The notes beneath the pieces are model-generated. The model worked only from the letters and a program-made list of their open reading frames with translations. It ran no database searches and was not told the origin of the DNA. Below, piece after piece: positions 1 to 12,308 of a stretch of 64,000 nucleotides of DNA. The stretch comes from Felis catus (Eukaryota): contig NC_058373.1 in the NCBI RefSeq assembly GCF_018350175.1, positions 101,620,001-101,684,000 of the forward strand, written 5' to 3'. Made by a program: the position numbers and the translations under genes. The first letter of the stretch is position 1, and every line of letters begins with the position of its first letter.

Positions 1-153
1 TCAAATGCAGTAAATCATTCTGTGGCATACTATGCAACCATTAAAATAATGATTTGGATAAATGTTTACTGAGATCGAAAGATGGCAATAATATCCCATT
101 AAGGAGACAAAAAAAAAAGGTCACCAGTTTAAATATACAACATGTTTTAGAAA

Positions 154-161
154 GTGTGTGC

Positions 162-192
<31 letters not shown>

Positions 193-203
193 TGTGTGTG
201 TGT
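154..203. repeat. Compound (GT)n(GC)n(GT)n microsatellite
   Basis: Direct reading; unbroken purine-pyrimidine alternation. Confidence 0.95.
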
Positions 204-459
204 ACAGAGGCACCACAATCTAAAGCTACCCACATACACTTCGTATGAGCCCTCCTTCACATCAGATACTCCCAAATTAAAAAAAAAAATCCAAGTAAAA
301 TCATTTCTTGGATTTTTTTAAAGGCTAGAAAGCCTAGAGACAAGGTCTCTAGTGGTGTACTGGTAAATGTTAAACAACTTGTTCTTCGGGGGAAAGATCT
401 GATTTTTGGCAGTTGAAATTGTCAATTTCCATGGTATAAATACTCTCAACATGATCAGT

Positions 460-616
460 TTTGTTTTCTTTTAAGAGAGAGTGTGAGTTGGGGAGGGCCT
501 AAGGAGGCTCTGCCATGAGCATCCAACACAGGGGCTCCATCTCACCACCATAAGATCATGACCTGAGCCAAAATGAGGAGTCGGGTGCTTAACCAACTGA
601 GCCACCCAGGCACTCC
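460..616 (-). mobile_element. CAN-SINE
   Basis: Reverse-complement tRNA-derived head (tgagccacccaggcac); TSD ~tcaa..tgatcagttt. Confidence 0.85.
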
Positions 617-650
617 TCAATGTGATCAGTTTAAAACTACCAACTTGATG

Positions 651-725
651 GGGTTCATGATCTCTCGGTTGTGGGATCGAGCCCCTGGTCGGGCTTAAGA
701 ACTGACAGCATGGAGACTGCTTGGG

Positions 726-778
<53 letters not shown>

Positions 779-876
779 GCCCACCACACCCCCCCCCCAC
801 AGTCATGTTTTCTCTCTCTCTCTCTCTCTCTCAATAAATGGGTGAACTTGAAAAAAAATAAAAATAGAAAAAAATA
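651..876 (+). mobile_element. CAN-SINE (partial head) with long (CT)n
   Basis: 19-bp TSD taaaactaccaacttgatg at 632-650 and 877-895. Confidence 0.88.
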
Positions 877-1179
877 TAAAACTACCAACTTGATGTTACT
901 AAATGCAGTATTGGATAGAGACGCTCACAATAGGCTCAACCTCCCTCAGAAACCCACACCAACCAGCTCCAGCACCACCGCCCAGACCCTACCTGCAAAC
1001 ACTGTAATCTGTAGGCCACCCTTGCAGAGAATAAACAATAGAATGTAGGTTTTAAGTGACTTCTATTTTTCTCTTATTGATCTTTATGGTCTACTTTTTT
1101 GACAAAGACCAAGTAGTGGCCTGTGTTGTTTTTTACTTATTCAAATTTAAGAAGAAATTATGTTTCTTTCATTACCTTG

Positions 1180-2880
1180 AAGTGGAGAAGATCTTTGTAA
1201 CCATGTCATAAGACCTAGAAGCCATAAAGAAATTCGATAAATTTACATAAAAATAATAGCTTTTGCATGGCATGGCAAGAAGCTTTCATAAGCAAAGTTG
1301 AAATACAAATGACCAACTGGTAAGAAAAAATTTGCAATTTGCTTCTCAGAAACATCACCTACTCTAGTAGAAACATTTCCCAACTGACAACCTGGTAAGT
1401 AATGGTTTGGACAGTTCAAAAAGAAAAGAAGAAATGGCTCTTAGATAGCTTCCCCCCCCCCCCCCACCACTCACAATAAGAGAAAGGCAATTTAAAATGT
1501 ATTTAACCTACCAGACTGATAAAGTTTCAAAAATTTTGAATGCACATTGTGAGTGAGGCTGTGGTGGACATTTAAACTGGTGCAAATTCTGTAAGTACAG
1601 TAGTCTGAATCATGACCCCACAAAGATGCCCACATGCTAACCCAGAACCTGTGACTATGTCACCTTACATGGAAAAAGGGACTTTGTAGGTATGATTAAG
1701 GTTATGGATCTTGAAATGGCCTAAGTTATCCAGGTGGGCCCAATATAAACACAAGAATCCTTATAAAAGAGGGGCTGGAGAGTCAGAGTCAGAGTCAGAA
1801 ACGATGTGATGATGAAAGCAAGGGTCAGAGAAAAGGAGATTTGAAGATACCACACTTCTGGCCTTAAACATGGAGGAGGGAAGGGGCGCCTTGGTTGCTT
1901 AGTCAGTGAAGTGACTTTGGCTCAGGATATGATCACAAAGTTCACTGGTTCCAGCCCCTCATCGAGCTCCACACTGACAATATAGAGCCTGCTATGGATT
2001 CTCTCTCTCTCCCTCTCTCTCTGCCCCTCCCCTGCTCTCTCTCTCTCTCAAAAATAAATGAGTAAAAACTTAAAAAAAAAAAAAAAAAAAGATGGAGGAG
2101 GAGGCCACGAGCCAAGGAATGCAAGCAGTCTCTAGAAGCCAGAAAGGGCAAGGAGATAGATTCTGCTATCGTGCCTCCAGAAGGAACACAGCCCCCATCA
2201 GCACCATGATCTTAAGACTTCTGGCCTCCAAAACTATAAAATAATAATTTTGTGTTGTTTTAAGCCACCACATTTGTGGTAATTAGTTACAGCAGCAATA
2301 GGAAGCTAACAGAGCAATTTGGAAAATTATAAATGCATGTACTCTTTGGCCCAATGACTCCACATCTAGAAATTTAGCTAAAGATATATTCACATACACA
2401 CAAAATGATGCATGTCCCACATTGTTTTTCACAACAAACATTTGGAACCCATGTACGTATCCATCAAAGAGAGGCTGATTAAATAATATAATACACTTAT
2501 GCAATGTAATATTATGCAGCCATAAAAAATGAATGAGAGTTCTTTATATTGTGATATGACTAGATCTCTAGAGCTAGTAAAGGAAAAAAGAAGCTTTTAA
2601 TATAATAAGTATAGTGGGCACAGTATGCTAACAATTATATAGAAAAGAGGAGGAGAGAAATATATGCCTATTTATATATATGTACATAAATATGACTGGA
2701 AGAATAAAAAAGAAATCAGTAGTAGTCATTGCTCATGGGGAAGGGCACTGGATGGCTGGACATTAGAAGGGAAAGGGAAACTTCTTCCTATATACCTTTT
2801 ATATTTTGTTGAAATCTGTACATGTAAAATAAACAGATTACCTATTCAAGAATTCAAATAAAAACAAAAATACTATAAAT
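1180..2880 (+). mobile_element. Old L1M (L1ME/MC-like) 3' fragments interrupted by an MLT1 LTR
   Basis: Degenerate L1 ORF2-end and 3'UTR motifs either side of 1596-2311. Confidence 0.6.
1596..2311 (+). mobile_element. MLT1D-like MaLR solo LTR with nested CAN-SINE (1883-2090)
   Basis: ccttacatggaaaaagggactttg ... gttacagcagcaataggaagctaaca; SINE TSD atggaggagg. Confidence 0.85.
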
Positions 2881-3232
2881 TAAACAGAAAAAATTTTATG
2901 TAGCTTAACCAGAGTCACCAACCAAGTCAGTAAAGATAAGATGCCTTTACCATCAGTGGGTCTCTGTAGAAACTTTCAATATCTTTGAGGTGGGCAATGC
3001 CATGAATTTCATGAATTTATTCTAGAACCTTGGCATTCTGTGTGATGTAAGGAGCAGGATGAGAGAATGAGGTCACAATTCAGATGGGATGTGAAGAGAA
3101 GTCTTTGGGGAGCTACAGCAAAGCTAACTTTACATTGTCTCCAAATGAGGATTTATATTTCCTTTACATCATAGGTGAGGATTCTTTAGAAGTCCTTGCA
3201 GAAACCTTGTCCAGTCTCAGAAACCCTATAAG

Positions 3233-3410
3233 TAGGATTACCAAATTCACAAATAAAACTATAGAACACCCAGCTAAAATTTGAATTTCAGATAAACAAT
3301 GAATAATTAAAAATTAAGAATATTTTTAAGACTTTTTAATTTTTAATTATTTACTATTTACCTGAAATTCAAATTTAACTGGGTGTCCCATATTTTATTT
3401 GAAAACCCTA
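3233..3410 (+). mobile_element. MER53-like palindromic hAT MITE
   Basis: TIRs TAGGATT...ACCCTA; long internal inverted repeat; 8-bp TSD cctataag / cctctaag. Confidence 0.85.
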
Positions 3411-4599
3411 CCTCTAAGTAACTCCCTTAGAGGCCACGTGGCAGCCATGGGCTAGCAGGTGAGGACAGATGTGCCTACACAGATGTGGATATGGCCACCA
3501 TCACTCTCCCTTTCATAGACACTGAATACGCCCTTCTGACTGAAAAGAACAGAGGGCTAAACAGGTTTGTATGGTAAGGTATTGCTTTGCCATGGCAGCA
3601 TCAGTGGCCAAAGACAAAGGTACAGGGCTCTAGGTTAAGGTAATTCTCTAAGGTCACTTGTGGCCCCAGAATTTCCTGAACATGATGTGTGGAATCGTCC
3701 AGAAGAAGTTTGCAATGGGGGTGGGGAGTGTCAGGCAATGCAGAGAAATGTTCTCCCAGCCCAGGTAATAAACGTATTCTTTCCCCCCAAACACCGTTAA
3801 AGATGTTTTCAAAAAAAAAAAAAAAAAATCTTAAAAAAAAAAAAAAACCCTTTAAGCTGACCTCCTGCCAAAGTATACATCAATTATACAGCTTCAGTCA
3901 GGCGGATGCTCGAGGAAAGGGGGATAATGTTACACCCAGCTGGGCACTTTGTAGTTAGCACAAATGTAATATAAAGCACAGCAGAGTTCGTCAAGTGTCT
4001 GTCTGGATTTTCAGTTTTCATTAGTGCTATAATTAAAACCACATTTTCAGCTCTATTACCTGTAACAAGAAAGGAATGAGAAATGAGGTTGTCAAGGTCA
4101 GGCTTTTCCAGCTATTTATACTGAGTATCTGCAGGCCACAAGTTGTTGAATTTGGTGTAAACCAGAGAGACGGCTGAATGTCGCACAAGGACCCATCCTG
4201 TGTGGCTTGAAAGGCACGCTTATGAGGTCACTTCCTTTGAATGGCCACGGGGCCACGCATGTCTACTGAGCAGCAGGACCAGGAAGATGGGCAGTCGGGC
4301 AATCCACTCTCAGCCATGGAGACTGGCCACAGAAGGGGTACTCTCCCATTAAACCAAACTGGTCACGCATCTTGAAACAGCCCCGAAGGCAGTCCTCAGA
4401 CACTCTTGCTGAGGACAAGAATCCTAAAAGTCTAAAGGTCATCTTCTTCCTACCTTGAGCGTGAATGTGCAAAAGAGCGCTGGATGGGAATGTAAATGGT
4501 GGACCTCTATTATGGCACTCTCCCGCCCGCATACATTTCCCAGAGGCCTCGCTACGGGCAGCAAATCCCGTTGGCCTGGCTTTCAAAACATATCTAGAA

Positions 4600-5693
4600 C
4601 CCAGCCTCTTCTCACTGCCGTCTGGTCCACAGCGTCATCATCTCCCCTCTGAGTCCTGGCCAGGCCTCCCTGCGTCTGCCTCACACTCCCTGCTACGATC
4701 TGAATGTTCATGTCCCTCCAAATTCATTTGTTGGAATGCTAACCCCCAAGGTGATGGTCTTAGGAGGTGGGGCCCTCTGGAAGGTAGTTAGGTCATGAAA
4801 GCAGAGCCCTCAGGAAGGGATTAATGCCTTTATAAAAAAGACTCCAGAGAGTTCCTTCACCCCTTCTACTATGTGAAAACACAGCAAGAAGTCAGCCATC
4901 TATGAACCAGAAAGCACTCCTCACCAGACACCAAATCTGCCAGCGCCTTGATCTTGGATTTCCCAGCCTCCAAAACTCAGAAATTTCTCAGCCAACCCAG
5001 TCTATGGTATTTTGTTCTGTTAGCCCAAATGGACTAAGACAGTCCCCCACACCCAGGCACACACACACCCTATAGTCTTTTCTCAAGAGAGCAGCCAGAT
5101 CATGTCACTCCTTTACACAAATCCTATGGTGGCTTCCAGCCCTCTCAGAGTAGAACCTGCAGCCCTCACAGTGTCTTCAAGGCCCCCATCCCTCTGGCCT
5201 ACTGTTACTTCTCTAATTGCACCTCCCATCACTCTCCCTCTCTCGCTTCATTCCAGGCACACTCCTTCCTCAGGGCCTTTGCACTTGCTGTCCCCTGCAC
5301 CCAGAATTCCTTCCTCCTGTTATCTATAGGATATGATCTATATATATAATCTATGTCTTTACTCAAAAAGCACTATTTCTTCCAGTGAGGCATTCCTTTG
5401 CCACTCCAGTTCATAATGTAAACCACCAGCAACCACCGCCCCCCCCCCCCCCCCCGCTCTGCCAACCACAGCATTCCCTATTTCCCTTCTTGCCTTTATT
5501 TTTCTCCATGGCACTTACACCATCTGATATTTTTTACTTATTTTCTTTATCAGTCTCTCTTCACTTCCCAGGATGCAAATTTCTTGAGAAAAGCGATTTT
5601 TGTCTGTGTTTATTCACCACTGTATCCTCAGTTGTTGAAAAGAGCTTGGCACATGATAGACATTCAACAAATGTTTGTTAAATGAATGAATGG
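4600..5693 (+). mobile_element. L2 3' region interrupted by an MLT1A LTR
   Basis: cctcagggcctttgcacttgctg motif and L2 tail aatgtttgttaaatgaatgaatg. Confidence 0.75.
4691..5041 (+). mobile_element. MLT1A-like MaLR solo LTR
   Basis: TG...CA termini (tgctacgatctgaatg ... ggactaagaca); flanks ctccc/gtccc. Confidence 0.85.
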
Positions 5694-6350
5694 ATCCAGA
5701 AGTCACATAGATCAATGGAACAGAATAGAGAGTCCAGAAATAAACTCACGCTTATATGGTCAATGAATCTACAACAAAGGAGGGGCACCTGGGTGGCTCA
5801 GTTCGTTAAGCGTGTGACTTCAGCTCAGGTCCTCATCTCACAGTTCGTGGGTTTGAGGCCTGCATCAGGCTCTGTGCAGACACTCAGAACCTGGAGCCTG
5901 CTTCATATTCTATATCTCCCTCTCTCTCCGCCCTCTCTCTCTCTCTCAAAAATAAATAAACATTTGGGGAGCCTGGGTGCACTGACTTCAGCTCAAGTCA
6001 TGATATCATGGTTAGTGAGTTCGAGTCCCGCATTAGGCGCTGTGCTGACAGTGCCTGGAACCTGCTTCAAATTCTGTGTCTCCCTCTCTCTCTGCCCCTC
6101 CCCTGCTCATGCTCTGTCTCTGTCTCTCTCTCTCTCTCAAAAACAAACACTTTTTAAAAATTTAATAAACATTTAATTTTTTTTTTAAATCTACAACAAA
6201 GGAGGCAAGAATATACAATAAGGAAAAGACAGTTTCTTCAAGAAATGGTGCTGGGAAAACTGGACAGCTACATGCAAAAAGAATGAAACTGAACCACTTT
6301 TTCACACCATACACAAAAATAAATTCCAAATGGTTTAAAGACCTAAATGT

Positions 6351-6591
6351 AATGGGAATGCAAGCTGGTCCAGCCACTCTGGAAAACAGTCTGGAGGTTC
6401 CTCAAAAAACTAAAAATAGAACTGCCCTACGACACAGCAATTGCACTACTAAGGCATTTATCCAAGGGATACAGGTATGCTGTTTTGAAGGGACACATGC
6501 ACCCCCATGTTTATAGCAACACTATCAACAATAGCCAAAGTATGGAAAGAGCCCAAACATCCATCGATGGATGAATGGATAAAGAAGATGT

Positions 6592-6689
<98 letters not shown>

Positions 6690-7129
6690 GGAGTATTACT
6701 CTGCAATCAAAAAGAATGAAATCTTGCCATTTGCAACTATGTGGATGGAACTGGAGGGTATTATGCTAAGTGAAATTAGCCAGTCAGAGAAGGACAAAAA
6801 TCATATGACTTCACTCATATGAGGACTTTAAGAGACAAAACAGATGAACATAATGGAAGAGAAACAAAAATAATATAAAAATAGGGAGGAAGACAAAACG
6901 GAAGAGACCCATAAATATGGAGAACAAACTGAGGGCTGCTGGAGGGGTTGCGGGAGGGGGGATGGGCTAAATGGGTAAGGGGCACTAAGGAATCTACTCC
7001 TGAAATCATTGCTTCACTATATGCTAACTAATTTGGATGTAAATTTTTAAAAATAAAAAATAAAACAAGAAATTTAAAAAATCATAAAAAAAAAAGATAA
7101 CACATTTGTGTACCTCAAATCCAAAAAAA
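6351..7129 (+). mobile_element. 5'-truncated felid-type L1 nested in the older L1
   Basis: 14-bp TSD aaagacctaaatgt at 6337-6350 and 7130-7143; highly similar to the L1 at 23262-24065. Confidence 0.9.
6594..6686. repeat. (TA)n(CA)n microsatellite inside L1
   Basis: Direct reading. Confidence 0.95.
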
Positions 7130-9290
7130 AAAGACCTAAATGTGAGATGTGAAACCATCAAACTCCTAGAAGAGAACATAGGTAGTAATTCCTCTGACAT
7201 CAGCCATAGAAACATTTTTTCCTAGGGATGTCTCCTGAGGCAAGGGAAACAAAAGCACAATTAAACTATTGGGACTACATCAAGATAAAATTCCTTTGAC
7301 AGTGAAGGAAACCATCAACAAAATGAGAAGGCAACCTACTGAAATGGGAGAAGATACTTGCAAATGATATATCCAACAAAGGGTTAATATCCAAACTTAT
7401 ACAACTGAACACCAAAAAACCCAAACAACTTAACTAAAAAATAGGCAGAGGACCTGAATAGACATTTCCCCCAAAGAAGACACACAGTTGGCTAACAGAC
7501 ACATGAAAAGATACTCATCAGTAATCATCAGGGAAATGCAAATCAAAACCACAATGAGATATCAATTTACACCTATCAGAATGGCTGGAATCAAAAAGAC
7601 AAGAAATAACAAGTGTTGATGAGGATGTGGAGAAAAAGGAACCCTCATGCATTTTTGGTGGGAATGCAAACTGGTACAGCCACTGTGGAAAACAGTATGG
7701 AGGTTCTTCAGAAACTTAAAAATAGAGGGGTGCCTGGGTGGCTCAGTTGGTTAAACGTCTGACTTCGGTTCAGGTCATGGTCTCGCGGTTCGTGAGTTCA
7801 AGGCCCACAATGGGATCTGTGCTGCCAGCTCAGTGCCTGGAGCCTGCTTCAGATTCTGTGCCTCCCTCTCTCTCTGCCCCCTCCACCACTCACCCTCTGT
7901 CTCTCTCTCAAAAATAAATAAACATTAAAAAAATTTTTTTAATATAATTACCATATGATCCAGTAATTCCACTACTGGGCATTTACCCAAAGAAAATGAG
8001 AACACTAATTTGAAAAGATACATGAACCCCTATGTTTATTGCAGCATTATTTACAACAACCAAGATATGGAAGCAACCCAAATATCCACTGACAGATGAG
8101 TGAATTAAGATGTGGTCCCAAAAAAAAAAAAAAAAAAAAAAAGTGAGCTATCCATCTATCACATCTTTTTATATATTTCTATTTATATATTTTTTATTTG
8201 TATATACTATATTACATATTATTTGTATTTATTTTTTAATTTTTTAAATGTTTATTCATTTTTGAGAGACAGAGAGAGACAGAGAGCAAGCAGGGGAGGG
8301 GCAGTGAGAGAGGGAGACACAGAAGCTGAAGCAGGCTCCAAGCTCTGAGCTGTCAGCACAAAGCCCGACTCAGGGCTTGAACCCACTAACCAGGAGATCA
8401 TGACCTGAGCTGAAGTCAGACACTTAACCAACTGAGCCACTCAGGTGTCCCTTATTTTTATTTATATATATACATATACACAATGTATATATGTATGTAT
8501 ACATTTACGTGTATATATATAAATATATTTCTATATTTAAATATAAATGTATATACATAATATATATAAAAATGTATATATTTACACACATGTACACACA
8601 CGATGGAATATTATTCAGCCGTAAAAAAGAATGAGATATTGCCATTTGCGACCACAGTGGATGAACCTAGAGGGTATAAAGTTAAGTAAATCAGACAAAG
8701 ACAAATACCGGATAATCTCACTCATATGTGGAACATTGGAAACAAAATAAATGAACAAAGAAAAAAAGAAACAAAACAATGGACTCTTAAATATAGAGAA
8801 CAAACTAGTAGTTGCCAGAGGAAAGGTGTGTGGGAGGATGGGTGAAATAGAAGAGGGGAATTAAGAGTACATTTATTGTGATTGGCATTCACTGAGTAAT
8901 GTATAGAATTGTTGAACCATTAACATAACACTGTATGTTAATTATACTTCAATTTAAAAAAAAAAAGATCCAGAGGTGGCTCAAGTCAATACCAAGTAGG
9001 CTCTCTCTGGGTGAGTCCCGGAGGCCCACCCGGTAGAAAGTATAGGAACCACCTGCTCATGGACCCTCTAACCCAAAGATGGCTCTCAAGCAAGTACTTG
9101 TTCTCTGGGTAAATCTCACAATGCTGAGACACATCCTTACCCATCACGACCACCCATGGTAATACCTTACCACGTAGGAGCTATATTCCCCTCACTATGT
9201 GGGAGATGGAACGTTCACAAATACTGCCCCCGCCCCCTGCATTCCAGCCCAGGCCCTGAGCAGGTTGAACCCAAGCACCAAATACCCAGT

Positions 9291-9588
9291 TTTGATGGTT
9301 AATCTTATAAACCCAACTTGGCTGGACTCAAACATTATTCTGGATTTTCTATGAGGGTGTTCTGGGATGGGATTAACATTTAAACTGGTGGACTTTGAGC
9401 CAAACAGATTTCCCTCCCTAATGTGGGTGGGCCTTATCCAATCAGTCAAAGGCCTGACTGGACCAAAGACCTACCTCCCCTGAGCAAGCTTTCAAACTTG
9501 AACTGCAGAATTGGCTCATGCCTGCATCTCCAGCCTTCCAACCCACCCTGCAGATTCTATTTAAAAAAAAAAAAAAAAAAAAAACTTG

Positions 9589-9632
<44 letters not shown>

Positions 9633-9689
9633 GGTGTGTATGTGTGTGTGTGTCCTATTGGTCCTGTTTCTCTGGAGAACCCTAATACA
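9291..9689 (+). mobile_element. MLT2 (ERVL) solo LTR containing an A-run and (TA)n
   Basis: tgatggttaat...aatgtgggtgggccttatccaatcag...tctctggagaaccctaataca. Confidence 0.8.
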
Positions 9690-10079
9690 CCACCTAAGCT
9701 GTTAGAGGCATTTCTCCTGGGGATCAGCCTTCCTGCAGTAAAACACTCTCTTCCAAGTGCCAGCTGCTGTGGAAGCACAAGCTGCTGTCAATGACAGGAA
9801 TTCTTCCCTCCTTCCATGTACCAATGCTTACATAGCCCCTAGGGGTGCCAAAGGACACTAGCTGGTCACTTCCCTAGCCCAAAGGACGGACAGCGGAGAA
9901 TCCCATAAGAAAGACTGCTGCTCTAGTGCTCTGCTAAGAACCGCAGAAATCTTTATTTATGATGTCATCGTTGTGAAGAATCTTACCAGTGCAACAATAT
10001 GAATTCATGTATCACATGCCAACATGACACCAGTACCTTGAACAAACACATGGCTGACACCTAAGAAGCTGAATAGAAT

Positions 10080-10325
10080 TGGTTAAGAAAGTGAGCCAGC
10101 CCTAAAGGCTGACTGCCAGGATTTGAGTCTCTGCTCCGTCATAAACCAGCTGAGTAATATGTGTCCATTCCCTAAGCCTCACTGTTCCTGTCTTCAAAAT
10201 GGGATGATAATAGTAGTGCCTATCTCACAAGGTTGTAAGAAGACCATTGTAATAAGTGAAAAAGATGTAAGTAGCACACACATCCCGACGCTTGGCACAT
10301 GTTCCCTGGATGTTGCTATTATTAT
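10080..10325 (+). mobile_element. MIR
   Basis: Core-like ctaagcctcactgttcctgtcttcaaaatggggatgataatagta. Confidence 0.7.
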
Positions 10326-10689
10326 TGCCATGGTATGATCCTAGCCCTTGAAGAGTTTTCTAGAAGCCCAACATAGCACTTGGTTGAATGGGATTAAATC
10401 AGTCACAACTGTGGATTGCAAGTAAAGGACAGAAAATACTTGGGGAAGATCTGGAGACCAAACAACTGTTACTGGAAATATAATGGATAGGAAGATGTTG
10501 CACAGAAACTTGGAAGCTTTGAATTGGAACAGCTCTTAGAGGTCATCCTGCCCAGCAACGCAGAACCCTCGTTGATTCACTCCCACCATACGAGGCTGAG
10601 CCCACTTCAGGGCCAGTCCGACTGAATTGGAAAGAAACTCTACAAGTGAGTCATGGACTATGAGAACAAACAATAAGCAAGTAAACAAA

Positions 10690-11410
10690 CAAATGCACAT
10701 GTGCCAGGAAGAAAACAAACAGGGTGCTTTAATGGTTCAAAAGAGGAGGGGATGAATTATTCAGAATAGACAAATCCCCAGAGCCAGGAGGTAGATTAGT
10801 GAATGCCGGGCTCTGTGAGGAATGGGAGTGGGGAGAGACTTCATAATGGCGGGGGTTCTTTTAAGGGTCATGGAAATGCTCTGAGGTTACATCGTGGTGA
10901 TAATTAATTGTACAATCTTCTGAATATACTAAAACCTACTGAATTGTGCACTTTGAAATGGTGACTTCTATGCTATGTAAAACATTGTCATGTGAATCAT
11001 AACACAACTTAAATTTTTCTAATTAAAAAAACTAGATGTGCAGAGGCCTACTTTAGCTAGGGCTCACAAAGAAGAAAGCCTCTCTGAGGAACTGATATGA
11101 AGCAAGGGACTGAGAAATGGGAAGGGGCTGGCCACAGAAGGACGTGTGGACAGGCTCACTGAGCAGACGCAGGAGAAGATGCAGAGGGCACTGAGTGTGG
11201 ACCAGCTAGGCATAAACTGTTTCAGATTTAGCCTGGAAGGCAGGGAGGGAGGTGAGGGAGAGACAGAATGTTGCTGGTGGGGAGAGGCTCTATACAAAAG
11301 GCATTGGTGGGCACAGTAAGAAGTGGGGTTCATTGTAAATGAGATCAGAAACCACTGAAGGCTTTTATGCAGAGGGGTGCCCTGTTCCAACTGCCATTTT
11401 TGAAAGACCA
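10690..11410 (-). mobile_element. L2 fragment with inserted L1M 3'UTR piece (~10760-11030)
   Basis: Degenerate L2 motifs; L1MB-like aatatactaaaacctactgaattgtgcacttt. Confidence 0.55.
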
Positions 11411-11706
11411 GTTACATCTCCCTGCACACACAGCACCAGTTACCGAGGGGCAGGACCACAGCAAGGTATAAAACATTAAAAAGGCTCATTCTCACTGGGT
11501 AGGGCTTGCACACTTCTTACAAAACCATCATCAAAAGATGCAAACTAGAAGGTAAGTTTATTCACAAGAAATAGACAATTTAGTGTCTATTCCAAAATGC
11601 ACCTTATTTCCTTCCCCATAAAATATCTAGCAATAAAAGGATATTCTCTCCCTACAACCTGGCTTCTTTTTCTACTGCTGATGGCAGTGCTATTATTAAG
11701 ACACGC

Positions 11707-11720
11707 GCGCCCTCTACAGC
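11707..11720 (-). promoter_or_regulatory. CTCF-like motif
   Basis: Minus strand GCTGTAGAGGGCGC versus core CCAGYAGRGGGCGC; CpGs retained in non-repeat context. Confidence 0.5.
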
Positions 11721-11983
11721 TATGAGCCTAGATTGCTCCTTACTGCTAAACAACTAATCCTGGAAAAAGGCATTTTTTTTACTCGTGTGACTGAAAGATT
11801 ACCATCCCCCAAGCCCATGTCACCCATGGCAAGCTAGATCCTCCAACACTGTCCTGAAAACTAGCGACGAATATAAAAAAAGAAGTGAAATCGGCAATTT
11901 TCTTGGGCAATTATAACGTAAACACAGGTTCATCTGTCTGCTCTTTTGGGTAATGTGTTCTCCCTCCATAGACCAAAAGGAAG

Positions 11984-11985
<2 letters not shown>

Positions 11986-12021
<36 letters not shown>
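11986..12021. repeat. (GT)n microsatellite
   Basis: Direct reading. Confidence 0.95.
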
Positions 12022-12022
<1 letters not shown>

Positions 12023-12277
12023 TAAATGATCTTCTTTTGTTCATCAGAATACTTGGTTTCAAGTCAATGAAAACTATTTGCCATAAAACAATAGAGCAAC
12101 GAGGTTAAGGGGCTGGCTTTCCCTGGCCAGGGACAGGAGGCCAGGGGAAGAACTGTAATCAAGCAGCTGAACAATGGTACGGACGTATTTGAAAATGCAA
12201 TGGACACCCAGAAGGGTGGCCCTGAGTGAAAAAGCAGAAAAATACATGCAAATATGAAAATCCGGTGTGAGATGATT

Positions 12278-12308
<31 letters not shown>

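Larger units (their letters stand above)
350..980 (-). mobile_element. MER63-like hAT MITE split by two CAN-SINE insertions
   Basis: Termini AGTGGTGTACTGG ... CCAGCACCACCG; internal sequence resumes after each TSD. Confidence 0.7.
5695..8965 (+). mobile_element. Carnivore L1 3' portion (ORF2 end + 3'UTR) with nested younger L1 and four CAN-SINEs (5782-5965 +, 5966-6187 +, 7727-7940 +, 8230-8452 -)
   Basis: L1 ORF2 motifs (tggtgctgggaaaactgg, caaatcaaaaccacaatgagata); A-tail at ~8955; SINE TSD aatctacaacaaaggagg at 5766-5783 and 6188-6205. Confidence 0.9.

Noticed and set aside
5682..6176. 164-aa ORF and the many similar 'MAQSVKRPTSAQVMIS...' ORFs across the window
   Set aside because: Incidental translations of CAN-SINE sequence; the recurrence reflects the repeat, not a protein family
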